The notes beneath the pieces are model-generated. The model saw only the letters and a list, made by a program, of their open reading frames with translations, did not search any database and was not told the DNA's origin. The translations under genes and the position numbers were made by a program. Positions 36,955 through 49,699 of a DNA stretch of 64,000 bases are shown here, in pieces (position 1 is the first letter of the stretch; each line of letters opens with the position of its first letter). This stretch comes from Raja brachyura (lineage: Eukaryota). The stretch is from the NCBI GenBank assembly GCA_963514005.1, contig OY740792.1, positions 16,926,001 through 16,990,000 of the forward strand. Direction: 5' to 3'.

Positions 36955-37179
36955 TTTGTGAAAGTTTTCTACAAACGTTCGGATGTACAGCATCACTTGC
37001 TTCACAGCCAGAACAACCTCACACAGATGCAACTGTGCCACTGCTTGCTTCAGATTATCTTTAACATCATCTCTGAGGAGGATGCTGACCCCCATTTCAT
37101 ACGCTCCCATCAAAAGACCGCAGAACGAAGCTTGTTTCAATGGAACAGAATGTGTTCTTTCCATAACGGATCGTTCAAA
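36955..37179 (-). CDS. URB1: URB1 exon: FERSVMERT...VKQVMLYIRTFVENFHK
   Basis: CAG/GTAAG; 225 nt. Confidence 0.88.
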
Positions 37180-37611
37180 CTGTGGAGAAGTTTCAGAAGA
37201 AAAGTTTTGTACAATTTGTCAATTGCAAAGCTAATTGATTAAGCTAACATCTAATCTGAGAAACACACTTCAATTTTCCAAAAAAAATCAAATGGCTTTG
37301 GACTGGCTGTGACAAACAACCAATGTTGTGGGCCAAAATCAATGCCCGTCTTGCTGATTTCCTCCAACACTGCATGTTTTGCTCACATGTCCAACATCTG
37401 CAGTCTGTGTCTTTGAGATGTAAACTTTGACGGAAGTAACAACTTCAATTGCATATACCAATTATACTGTCATCTATTGCAGATCCCTTCTGAATTTTTA
37501 TTCCATTACCATATTAAACTTGTGCAAATATCCTATTTTTATAACTGTTAATCAATCTCATAAAATTTGGTTATGGCATTAAGATGTCTAAATACCATGA
37601 AAAGTCTTATA

Positions 37612-39080
37612 TTTTAGACAATAGGTCCAGTAGTAGGCCATTCGGCCCATCGAGCCAGCACCGGCAGACAAGTGATCATGACTGATCATCCACAATCAGT
37701 ACCCCGTTCCTGCCTTCTCCCCATATCCCTTGACTCCGCTATCTTTAAGAGCTCTATCTAAAAGCCCTGTCCCACTGTGCGAGTTCTCTCAAGAGCTCTC
37801 CCGAGTTTAAAAAAAAATCAAGCTCATGGTAAGCACGTTGAATGAACGTAGCGGGGACGTTGGAGCTCGGGACGTCTCTTAGCGCAGCGCAAGTTCACAG
37901 TTGGGGCTGGGGGAAAAGTATCTATAGCTTGGGACTTGCCTAAATGAGTACTGAAATGGATTATTATTCCACACCAAATTTCTTAGACAATAATATATTT
38001 TATGCAATTATCACAACATTATGCTGGATATGGATCAACGGACTTGTATGGTGCATGCTTGTAAATTAGTAAAACAAATTACTGTTGTTTCTGGGATGGG
38101 ATGACTGATTACAAATAACCTACATTCTATATTATGTCATAATGTGGCTGAAGCAATGGCATATTTTGTGATATTTATTGAGATAGAAAAATACAACTGA
38201 GTTTGGGCAAAATATTACCTTGCAACATTCTATATGTCTGATATTGTGAAATGGAACTCAGAAATTATGGGAGGATTACATAAAACTACAATTCAAAGGT
38301 AATGAATATATTGAATATTCTTATTTCCATCATGAACATACAATAGTGATATAGGACACCAGGTCCTACTACGATAAACTCACGAGCTACTACGGTATAA
38401 CTACGAGTTAAAAAGTATCAGATTTTCACACCTCGAGTATATTTTACTCGTGGATATTTTTCATCATGTTGAAAAATTTGCACGAGTTACCACGTTTCCC
38501 GAGTACCTGCCGTTAGCGCAAAGAGACGTCCCGAGCTCCGACGTACCCACTACGTTCATTCTACGTGCTTACCACGAGTTTGATTTTTTTTTAAACTTGG
38601 GAGAGCTCTTGGGTGAACTCACACAGTGGGACAGGACTTTTACTCTCTCTTGAAAGCATCCCAGGATCCGGCCTCCACTGCCGTCTGAGGCAGAGAATTC
38701 CACAGCCTCACAACTTGCTGTGTGTAAAAGTATTTCCTCATCTCCATTCTAAATGGCTTACCCCTTATTCTGAAACTGTGCCGCTGGTTCTGGACTGCCC
38801 CAACATTGGGAACATGTTTCCTGCCTCCAGCTTGTCCGAACCCTTAATAATCTTATATGTTTCAATAAGATCCCCCCTCATCCTTCTAAATTCCAGAGTA
38901 CACAAGCCTACCTGCTCCATTCTATCCAAGGTATGACAGTCCCGCTATTCCGGGAATTAGCTGCATGCTTACTTTCAGTGACTGATGAACAAGGACCCCC
39001 AGATCCCGTTGTACCTCTCCTTTTCTGAACGATACCATTTAGATGATAATCTGCCTTCCTGTTTTTGCCACCAAAGTGGC
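37612..39080 (-). mobile_element. CR1 3' region interrupted by a Harbinger MITE
   Basis: Host sequence gctctatc-taa-ctctctcttgaaagc resumes after the insert. Confidence 0.8.
37762..38639. mobile_element. PIF/Harbinger-type MITE with ~120-bp TIRs
   Basis: AAG(C/T)CCTGTCCCACTGTG termini; TAA/TTA flanks; shares CCTGTCCCACT with the 18077 MITE. Confidence 0.8.
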
Positions 39081-39672
39081 ATAGTTCATAGTTTTTAGGT
39101 AGAGTTTAGGATTCTGGGCACTGAAAAGTTATAAAACTCTAATAATGCTTATGATTCTGTTTCCCACTGTATAACATTATTTATCTATTAAAATGCTTGA
39201 GAAAAGTATAGCAGTTAAAATAAATGCTCTGTAGTTTGTAATATTTTGCTTCAACTTTTCATTACAAAATGCATATTTCATGACCCATAGGCAGCCCAAA
39301 TTGCATAACAGACAATTAAATCTTTTGAAGCGTAGACCAGACATTTAATTTTTGTTGAAGGCTAAATGCCAATCACTACAATGGGTAACTCTCCTATTTC
39401 ACATTACAGAGATCAGGTCAAAGACAAACTTTTACTCTTCGCAACACTAATTAATTCAAATAACAAAAAAAATTATTGTTCACTGAAACTGTTGATTGTG
39501 TTGTGTAAATAGATAATTTCCATTAATGATCATTGTTATACAAATCTCCAAAGGAGGAGAAGCTTAAAATAATTCTATCAACACAAACACAGTAGGGCAC
39601 ATGGCGCTTCCATCCTCAAGTGTCAAACCTAGTTGTTGGAGTAAAACCAAATCTGGAAATTCAACTTCTTAC

Positions 39673-39872
39673 CAGTGTCTCATTGGCTTGCTGTGGGATC
39701 CAAAGACTGTAATATGTATAAAACTGCAAAATATTTTTGAATGGAGTTTGGTTTTCAGAAAATGAATCAAGTTCTTTGTCATACATTTGTAGTATTAAAC
39801 ACAAAGCCAATGGATTTTGTTGCACATGTAGAATATCCACCAGAGTAGCAAAAAGATACTGCAAAACAGCAT
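39673..39872 (-). CDS. URB1: URB1 exon: AVLQYLFATLVDILHVQQNPLALCL...YYSLWIPQQANETL
   Basis: CAG/GTAAG; 200 nt. Confidence 0.93.
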
Positions 39873-40460
39873 CTGAAATAGCATAAAAGAATGGAAGAAT
39901 CAGTGAATGTCTCATTAATTCATTTTATTACATTCAAGTTCAAAATCTAAGATTAGTTTAGAAAATCTCTTTAGTCAAATTATTTAAATGTACTCAACAG
40001 TATTAAGATTTCTTGGCTGCTTTCATTTGTAACAGGACCAGATTATGTGGTCAAATCTGCTGCAACACCTTTGTTGTATTTTCGCAATGGTATGCAAGAC
40101 AAGTGGGACTGCCCACAGAGAACTTATTTGAATTGCATAAGGCCTTTACAATTCTAAGTGAGTGGATCAACGCAGTGGCGGCCATTTTGAAGAAGAGAAA
40201 AATAACACTCAAGAGAAAGACAAAATCATTACAATTGTAGGCTTCTACATGATTGTTAAACTGAGTGTTCTTATGCATTTGAATGGAACCTTCTGCACCG
40301 TGGTTTGATGAACCAATCTTGATTAAGTTTGTGTCATGCAAAACTCAGAATTTTGACAAAAACGTCAAGATTGAAATGATAGGGTGAGGTGTAATGACTG
40401 TTCTCCGTCACGATCCTTTCTGCATACAGCAAAGTCCTTTCAGACTATTTAGAAAGTCAC

Positions 40461-40631
40461 CTGTTCCATTAGTGTTTCCCAAGACCATTTTGTTCCTGGC
40501 TTCCAAAGCAGCTGTCACCACTGCGCTGAAAGGAAACGCCTGTGTAATGACATCCTCACTTAAGGTAAACCCAACCTCATCATTCAGACCTTCGCTAGTC
40601 TCCATAATAACGTCCACCATATCCAAGACAT
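40461..40631 (-). CDS. URB1: URB1 exon: VLDMVDVIMETSEGLNDEVGFTLSED...FPFSAVVTAALEARNK
   Basis: TAG/GTGAC; 171 nt; highly conserved FPFSAVV.AALEARNK. Confidence 0.94.
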
Positions 40632-41896
40632 CTAAAAGAAAAGAAAAGGGCAGAGAATCATTATAAACAAAGAGAAAAAGAATTGGCTAAAATAAATTAA
40701 TTGAAAAGGTACTCTTGTATGCTTTATTTCCTTTTACACATTTAAATCACCATAGTAATGGCTGGGTTTCATAGGTTCAAATGGAGTTTGTGCAATAACA
40801 AAATACATTTTTATTACACCCATATTATTTGTTCCATTGGGATTATTTCAATTGGAGGAAAGATTGATATTGCACCAGATATGTACTCCAGTAAAAAAAT
40901 ATGACCATGGGCAATTTGATACCAATCCAAATCACATTGTTTTCTTTGATATCCAACCTAATCCAGATGTGAACAGAAAAAAATGAAATAAAGTGTCAGG
41001 GTAATTCAGTGGGCCAGGCAGCATTCCTGGAGAACACGGATAGATGATGTTTCTCGCTAGCAGTTTTTTTTGTAAACCAGCATCTGCAGTTCCTTATTTC
41101 TACCATGTGTACAAATAGTTCAATTCACTAGGACTTGGGTTAGGTTGTCATGCTTGACTGCACTCTTCACTCTCAAAATTAGATAGCACTCCTAAAATAA
41201 AAATAAAAGTTTCTTTCATTTCGAATGCTAATGGTTTTCTATGAAATAGTTGTATATAATTACATTCTAATTGCTGCTAAATATGGGTCCTCAGTGGAGC
41301 ATTGCCCCTTTTTTGAAAATCAGGATTACCATGAGAAGCCCCAGATCGCTGCTGTAAAAAAAATGTCAAACCGTTAACAAAAAGGAATCACACTCTTCTA
41401 AAGTCAGAGTTAAGTTCACTGCTGGGGTTAGTAGAATATCTAATCAGCATTTAACCATGCTACATTTGTCCTGGAAAGGCGTGATGCTAAAATATATGTT
41501 TCACGGACAAGGATGAATAGCAATCTTAATGTGCATGAACAGTTAACTACAACAACCATGATTGTTCTCTATAATACACCATGCTTGCTAGAAATAGATT
41601 AGAGAAATTCAGCAAATCTTGCTTATAATTTTCATCGTGTTAAATTGCTGGCCAGGAAATCATGTGCATGGATTTAAAATTCCCCATTATGCAGTTCTGA
41701 AGTGCATCATGAAGTGGAAAATCAGAACTACTTCATGCAGGGCATATCTCAATTACACCATTTATGTTACTTGACTGGCAGTATTATTTGGAACATTGAA
41801 CTGAAAAATGAATTAACCCTAGATCTTTCTTTTGCTTACTAGATTTGTAAGATGAAAGTACAAGAATCAACTTTATTTTATTATTTTCCTGCTCAC

Positions 41897-42035
41897 CATC
41901 AATATCGGAGATCGGCAAACTAACAGCATCCAAGTCCTGCCCATCAAGGTTTGCCTGCAGCGAACTTGCTTCTTGTATCGCATCTGAAATCTTGTCAGTG
42001 TAAGGATATGGATTTGATATTAACTTTATCAAAAC
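41897..42035 (-). CDS. URB1: URB1 exon: VLIKLISNPYPYTDKISDAIQEAS...PISDID
   Basis: TAG/GTGAG; 139 nt; NPY.YTDK motif. Confidence 0.93.
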
Positions 42036-42159
42036 CTACAAGAAAAAGCACAAAGTGAAACCATATGTATGAAATAGTTATGTGTATCAATGATAGAATA
42101 CCATGATAGATAATTTTTGAATCAAGAAAGATTGAAAATATTACTAAACATAAAGAACT

Positions 42160-42660
42160 GCACGGAATTCTATAGCACTGTGAATGCAGCACAGTACATC
42201 ACGCCAACTAGCTCTCCCCGCGTTTACTCTAACTACACTTTATGCTACATCAGGTTAGCAGCCAACATAATCACCACTATTTTCATCTTCTTCCTCTCCT
42301 GTTGGGCAGATGATGCAAAAGCTTGAATGCACATAACACCAGATTCAAAGACAGCATCTCCTCTGCTCTTATCAGACTCCCGATGAGACCTCTTACAAGC
42401 TAAGGGCAGTATTCTTGACCCCCTCTGCCCTCCATCAATCTACCTAATTGCGCACCTTGCACTTTTTTGTATCTGCAGTTTTTCTGTAACTGTTACACTG
42501 TATTCTGCACTCTGTTTCCTTTCTCTTTGCACTACCTCCATTTGTGCTCATGTGTGTTTTTTGATTGCAATCATAGATGGATGCTTTTATTTTACCTTGA
42601 TAACATGCAAAACAAAGATTTCTCCACTAAATCTCGGTACATGTGACATAAACCATACTA
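42160..42660 (+). mobile_element. Degraded Rex/Babar 3' end
   Basis: gtgaatgcagcacagtacatcac...accagattcaaagacagc. Confidence 0.6.
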
Positions 42661-43279
42661 ATATCGATACCAATAAAGATTTCCTAGACTTCGTAATGAT
42701 CAAGACAATGGCTGAGGTGATTTAATATGGTGGTCCACCTTCTCAACGGCATTTAATGGTGAATAAATGTCCCATAACATCCAAATCTCATATCAAATCT
42801 CATTAAATTCATAGGTCATACTAACCACGCAACCTGTTAGATGTATCTGGGTCAAAGATGTTAAATGTTGAATGTCTCATGATGTTATTCAATGACTTGC
42901 ACGTGGCTCATGCGAAGCGGAGGTCTACTGACTGTCTCTCCCCTCTGCTCAGTTTATGATCTTAGTCCTACTGTGTGGGTATCCCTGGGTAATAAAACTA
43001 GCTGATGGCTATGCGGTTGCAGTTAAAGCAAAGAGATGCAAGAGCTGCATAATCCAATTGCTGAGATCAAGTCAGTTATGGTTTCCCCTCAGTTATAGAG
43101 GAACAAGACAGAGGAGATCAGCGGATGCAGAAAAGATGATTCATAACTTTACTCTTAATAATATTGACACTATGTCATTTTAGAAATAAACGTTTTCATT
43201 CAGTCAAATCTGGACTGACCATGTAAAAGGTGAATCAAAAACGTGGGTTGTCAATTTGGGTTTTTTTTTTACCCCCAAA

Positions 43280-43690
43280 AGCTATAGGGAGAGGTTGAGC
43301 AAGCTAGGACTCCATCGAGCGCAGGTGGATGAGGGGTGATCTTATATAGGTATACAATGTCATGAGGGGAATAGATTGGGTAGACTCACTCGCCTATAGT
43401 AGGGGATTCGAGAATTAGAGGATAGGGTTGAGAGGGAGAAAAAGATCCAATAGGAACCACAGGAGTAACTTCTTCACACAAAGGGTGGTGGTGTATGAAT
43501 GAGCTGCCAGAGGAGGTAGTTGAGGCAGGTACCATCGCAACTTTTAAGAAACATTTAAACAGGTACATGGATAGGACAGGTTTAGGGGGATATGGGCCAA
43601 ACACAGGCAGGTGAGACTAGTGTAGATGGGACATGTTGGTCAGCGTGGGCGGAAGGGTCTATTTCCACGCTGTATGGCTCTAGGACTAAG
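43280..43690 (+). mobile_element. CR1 3' end
   Basis: Similar to 8530-8950. Confidence 0.75.
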
Positions 43691-44109
43691 TTATCAGTTT
43701 ATCCGCAGCAGGAGAGGGGCATTAACTGTGCAAAGTGGATGCATCAACTTTAATTTTAAGTCAATGTTTTCATAATCAAATAATTTCAGCAATTGCAAAA
43801 CAGATTAAATTATCCAAGTCATTAATGGAGCAATCCTAAAATATCTATTTCCAATAAAATGTGTTATAACATCGCATTCATAATAGTAGATCATGGATGG
43901 TGCAAAAAATCTCTCATGTCACTGCGTAGTACATGACCCATGTAACATGCGAGGCAGAAACACCATCTCAGCCAATGTTGACACTTAATGAATTCTTAAA
44001 AGCAAATGATCCTACCAATAGTCCTCGAGCATTAAGACATATAAAAATTGTCCGGGACATATCTACATAGTAATAAACCAATTACAGACAAGAACAGTCA
44101 ACTGCTTTC

Positions 44110-46610
44110 AACCCAGGAAGCGCAGCTCGACAGATGGGTATAACATTTCGAAGAAGTCCTAAACAGGCCACCACCGGCTGTACAGACACACAATCCCAAA
44201 GCCAGGATACCACTAATGCCACTGACAGACCAACAAAATCAGAAATAAAGGCTGTAATCAAGCAAGAAAAAAAATTGGCAAGGCTGCTGGCCCAGACAAT
44301 TTCACACCTGAAGCCCTGAAAGTAGATATAGACTCATCAACTGACATGCTCTATGGCTTTTTTTGGGCGAATTTGGGAGAGGAAAAGACACCCACAGAAT
44401 GGGCAGAGGGATACATCAAAAGGCCAAAAAAAGGTGACCTAAGAAAATGTGACAACTAGAAACATAGAAACATAGAAAAATAGGCGCAGGAGTAGGCCAT
44501 TCGGCTGCACCGCCATTCAATGTGATCATGGCTGATCATCCAACTCAGTATCCCATACCTGCCTTCTCTCCATACCCCCTGATCCCTTTAGCCACAAGTG
44601 CCACATCTAACGCCCTCTTAAATATAGCCAATGAACTGGCCTCAACTACCTTCTGTGGCAGAGAATTCCAGAGACTCACCACTCTCTGTGTAAAGAATGT
44701 TGTCCTCATCTCGGTCCTAAAGGAATTCTCCCTTATCCTTAGACTGTGACCCCTTGTTCTGGACTCCCCCAACATCGGGAACAATTTTCCAGCATCTAGC
44801 TTGTCCAACCCCTTAAGAATTTTGTAAGTTTCTATAAGATCCCCCCTCAATCTTCTAAATTCCAGCGAGTACAAGCCGAGTCTATCCAGTCTTTCCTCAT
44901 ATGAAAATCCTGACATCCCAGGAATCAGTCTGGTGAATCTTCTCTGTACCCCCTCTATGGCAAGAATGTCTTTCCTCAGATTTGGAGACCAAAACTGTAC
45001 GCAATACTCCAGGTGTGGCCTCACCAAAACCCTGTACAACTGCAATAGAACCTCCCTGCTCCTATACTCAAATCCTTTCGCTATGAATGCTAACATACCA
45101 TTTGCTTTCTTCACTGCCTGCTGTACCTGCATGCCTACTTTCAATGACTGGTGTACCATGACACCCAGGTCTCGTTGCATCTCCCCTTTTCCTAATCTGC
45201 CACCATTCAGATAATCGTCTACCCTCATGTTTTTGCCACCAGAGTGGATAACCTCACATTTATCCACATTATACTGCATCTGCCATGCATCTGCCCATTC
45301 ACTCAGCCTATCCAACTCATCCTGCAGCCTCCAAGCATCCTCCTCACACCCAACTATACCCCCCAGCTTGGTGTCATCTGCAAATGTGGAGATGTTGCAT
45401 TGAATTCCCTCATCTAAATCATTAATATGTATTGTAAATAGCTGGGGTCCCAGCATAGAGCCTTGCGGCACCCCACTATTCACTGCCTGCCATTCTGAAA
45501 AGGACCCGTTTACTCCTACCCTTTGCTTCCTGTCTGTTAGCCAGTTCTCTATCCACATCAATACTGAACCCCCAATACCGTGTGCTTTAAGTTTGTATGC
45601 TAATCTCTTATGCGGGACCATGTCGAAAGCCTTCTGAAAGTCTAGATATAACACATCCACTGGTTCTCCCTTATCCACTCTACTAGTTACATCCTCGAAA
45701 AATTCTATCAGATTTGTCAGATATGATTTACCTTTCGTAAATTCATGCTGACTGTCCAATGATTTCACCACTTTCCAAATGCGCTGCTATCCCATCTTTA
45801 ATAACTGACTCTAGCAGTTTCCCCACTACCGATGTTAGACTAACTGGTCTGTAATTCCCCGCTTTCTCTCTCCCTCCTTTTTTAAAACTACCGAGGGATC
45901 ACCCTACTTTCTATGTACCCAGTCAAATTCTCAATCGGGTCATTCTCAGCTGTCTTCAGGAAGCTGTAGACAAGAGGCTCCGGGACCAGCAAGCAGGATT
46001 CAGGAAGGATTGCTCCTGCACAGACCATATAGCAACATTACCATTATCAATGAGCAGTCTATTGAGTGGAACACGTCCCTGTACATCAACTTCATCGACT
46101 TTGAGAAAGCGTTTGACAGCTTAGGACAACACTATGGCGAACAAAATACGCATCTTTAACTCAAATGTGAAACAGGTGATGCTGTATGGATCAGAGACAT
46201 GGAAAACAACAAATCACACTACAAATAGGCTGCAAACATTCATTAACACCAGCCATAGGAGAATACTTAACATCTGATGGAGAGCCAAAGTAAGCAATGT
46301 GGACCCATGGAAAAGAACAAGCCAGGAGCCTATTGACTTACAAATTCGAAGGAGAAAATGGAGTTGGACTGGAGACAGCCTCAGGAAACCTGCCACAAAC
46401 ATCACCCGGCAAGCCCTGAAATGGAACCCTGAAGTAAAAAGGAAAAGAGGTCGCCCCAGGAACAGCTGGAGAAGAGGTATCCAGACAGAAATGTCTGAGA
46501 GTGGGCTCAACTGGGGAGATCTCGAAAGAACTGCCAACATCCAGGTGAGGCGGAGGACATTTGTCAATGGCCTATGCTCCCCAGAGGTGCAGAGGGCTTA
46601 AGAAGAAGAC
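44110..46610 (+). mobile_element. RTE-clade LINE fragment split by a CR1
   Basis: KGDLRKCDN|YRGITLLS, QQAGFRK, FIDFEKAFDS, LYGSETW, RRRKWSW..WNP..KRKRGRPRNSWRR; aagaagaag tail. Confidence 0.85.
44459..45885 (-). mobile_element. Young CR1, 5'-truncated, with uninterrupted 408-aa RT C-terminal ORF
   Basis: YLDFQKAFD, GVPQGS, FADD; (ttctatgt)n tail; aacta duplicated at both ends. Confidence 0.92.
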
Positions 46611-46779
46611 GATATATAAATGCTCAGAAATCACTTCACCAAAATGATCTTTCCCAGTAAATTACTGGATTTAGACTGACTGCGCAAGGGAACTGACTGA
46701 GAGCTAGAAAGATAAATAGCTTCCACTGTTAGCTTAGATGGAGTACAAGACACATGAACATCTTCTTAATTATACTTAC

Positions 46780-46896
46780 TCTTTCAAGAAACAGAATGAC
46801 AATTTCTTGTTCCGATTCGGAAACAGAATGAAGACCTTTCATCCAAAATTCTAGTTCGTTCCAAGTGTATTCAAAAATTCCACTGTCTTTTAAAAC
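46780..46896 (-). CDS. URB1: URB1 exon: VLKDSGIFEYTWNELEFWM...ILFLER
   Basis: TAG/GTAAG; 117 nt. Confidence 0.92.
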
Positions 46897-46983
46897 CTAG
46901 GCAGAATAAAATATGTTTACAAGCCACATATTGAGGGAGGGAGCTATCTGTGTTGGTGATGTGAAATTTAGAACAAGAATCTT

Positions 46984-47240
46984 GTGGCACGTTGGCGCAG
47001 GAGTAGAGTTGCTGCCTTACAGAGCCATAGTCCCGGGTTCAATCCTGACAAGTGCAGTCTGTACGGAGTTTGTATGCTCTCCTTGCGACTGCGTGGATTT
47101 TCTCCGGGTGCTCCAGTTTCCTCCCATACTCCAAAGATGTGCAGATTTGTAGGTTAATTGGCTTCGGTAAAAAAAAGTCCCTAGTCTGTAGGATAGTATT
47201 AGTGTACGGGGATCGAAGGTCAGCGCGGTCTCGGTTGGAG
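46984..47240 (+). mobile_element. V-SINE (HE1-like)
   Basis: tggcgcaggagtagag A-box, ggttcaatcc B-box, V core. Confidence 0.82.
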
Positions 47241-47651
47241 GGTACAAACAGTAAATTAATCAGAAGGACATTGCTAATCAATTTAAACCAAACAATAACT
47301 GCCTATATACCTGCATGCTTTTTATATTCTCAGCATCACACAAAATATTACATATAAATCATAAATGAATGATGAGTTCAGAAATAGGGTAATAGATTGA
47401 AAAATGCTAACTGGGCAAACAGCACCTTTGGAGTGAGTTAACGTTTCATACTGGCGACACACATGACACCTAACCTAGGTGTCAATGCACTACACAATCA
47501 AATGTGTCAGGCATTTTCTATTTTTGTTTCAGATTCCCCACATAGTTTGGCTATTGATGTATTCACAATGATTATCTGAAAACTAATAACATGCATCTAA
47601 ATTGTTAAAATTATCAGATCTAACAGCAATAAAAAAAAATCATTAACTCAC

Positions 47652-47771
47652 CTTGATAATAAGTTGTTTGGTTGATGTTTGCAGATGAGATCTCTTACAA
47701 GTCACGTACATTTTAAGTAGCAAATAAAATACTGACTTTTCCCCACTACTTTTTTCAAGGTTTGTGATATC
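47652..47771 (-). CDS. URB1: URB1 exon: DITNLEKSSGEKSVFYLLLKMYVT...TKQLIIK
   Basis: TAG/GTGAG; 120 nt; SVFYLL.KM motif. Confidence 0.9.
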
Positions 47772-48659
47772 CTACAAACAAATAAGCACAAATCAGCAAC
47801 TGAACTGGACAGCGCTCTTGTACTCTACTCAATCAGACCAAAATATTCTACACGAGTTGAATTTTATAGCACCGAATAGAACAGCCTCTCTAACAATGTG
47901 GTATTTATTAATATTATCACAAAATGTTGATTTAGTTCTTACGCTCAAGTCTCTGGCTGAGACGTGAACATGCACGCGAGTAAAGAAGATATCTATTTAC
48001 ATAGCACTTTGCAATGACAACAGCATGCCCCAAAACATTTTTCAATAAATTAACTACTTCTACAGTGCAGCCACTGTTGTAAACGGAGATACCAATAATG
48101 ATAATACAGGTCCATCACCGATTTTCCACCATCTGATGGTTTGGCACCTCCATCAATCCGGGCAAAATTACAAGAGAATTACGTTTGGTGCACGCTCTTT
48201 TGGGACGACACTGGCCTCTTTCCTGAAACAGTTAATTGTTTACTTCTCTGTTAAATGTGTTTTTTTTGTTTAACTTTCTAGCAGTTCATGGTCCTTTAGA
48301 AACACAGGAGGGGTATAATTAGTGGGTCAGTGGTGTATTGTTGAATTATTATTTTACTTCGGAGTCATGTGAGTGATTCCGTGAAGAAGACCCGCCAGGC
48401 CACAAGCGCACCAGTACGTCAGCCGCATTGACGCACGGAGGCTGCGAGGAACAGAGCTCCTCCAGCGGTAAGTATTCAGACGCCAGCTAAGTGACAAAAC
48501 TTTCACTGGAGTTCGAGTCCGTGCTGCCCGGTACGCTATCTGCCGATCACTAGCACGGAAAAAACAGGGAAGGGAAAGCGGCGAGTCGCAACCAGCTGTG
48601 GCAGCTCAGGCACGGAAGCCCAGCCTCATACCCCTGTACAGTCGCTAGGTACAGAGTTA

Positions 48660-49586
48660 GTGACTGCAGACTTAGTGCTATACAGCAGAGAGCCAGCGCA
48701 ATTAGGGCGCAAGGCACCTGAAAAGTCTGCTAGGCCCACGGAGTCGGGGGATGATTCCTCACCGGGGCTGGATAGAGCGTGTTCACGCCTATCCCAAGTA
48801 GAGGAGCTGTTGCATACAGTCCTCCAGAGAACTTCATTCCAAGAGAAGGAGTGTCAGCGCCTCTCAGAGACAGAGGCGGCAGCAGCAACAGTGTTGCCTG
48901 ATAACCCTTTTAATTTTGAAGGAAGTGCAATGGGTCAGATCAGACCTGGGCCCGAATCTGATGGGGAAGTTCAGCCAGGAGAAACAGTGGAGTTACCAGA
49001 TGTTCCACCACTGGCATTACCATAGGTGAAGAGCTGGCTACCATAATAAATTATACGGTTTCTCATCAGCTCCAGGACCTTACTATGGATGAGACAGCCA
49101 AAAAACATGAGCCTCCAAGCAACTGTGAGTTGTTAAAAGTTCCAACTGTGAATCAGGTTATGTGGGGTCAAATGGGACCCAGCACACGAAATCAAGAGAT
49201 TAAAATGCAGAGGATCCTAAAATTGTTGGCTTCTGGCATTCGCAAAAACAATGGATGGTGGTTATGTGACCAGAACACACTACGTTTGCTATGTAACACC
49301 AATTTTGAGATCAATTGTCTCAGGAAAAAAAGCTATTAGACCCACTATTAATCCCAGATATGCTGCGCTTTGTAAGCCAACAAATATCCAACCACCTGAT
49401 CTGCTGTTTGGCGCAGATCTTACCAAGCAGGTCAAAGAAATAAATGAAGACGCAAAAACAATGAGCATGATGCCTGGCAGACCGCTGAAGAGAAAGTATC
49501 CTTACAGAACCACCTCAGCGTCCAGGGCTGCACCAGGGACAAGCGTAGCGCAGGGGCGCGGATGGTACCCTACGGCTGGAGCATGA
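48660..49586 (+). pseudogene. DIRS gag-like ORF (disrupted)
   Basis: PPSNCELLKVPTVN..W, LLFGADL.KQVKEI. Confidence 0.6.
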
Positions 49587-49699
49587 GCAACCATGGGGGC
49601 CACTGCCAGAGGCTGGAGTCAGCAGGGTGCACCAGTTACCAGAGAGGTAGGTGGGCCTGGTTCTCATAAAAACATATTAAATGTAACACAGAAAAAAAG

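Noticed and set aside
42880-43150. Possible structured ncRNA (tctcctctg / cagagggga and gatct / agatc pairings on minus)
   Set aside because: Stems are short, there are no C/D or H/ACA boxes in position, and chance pairing is plausible.
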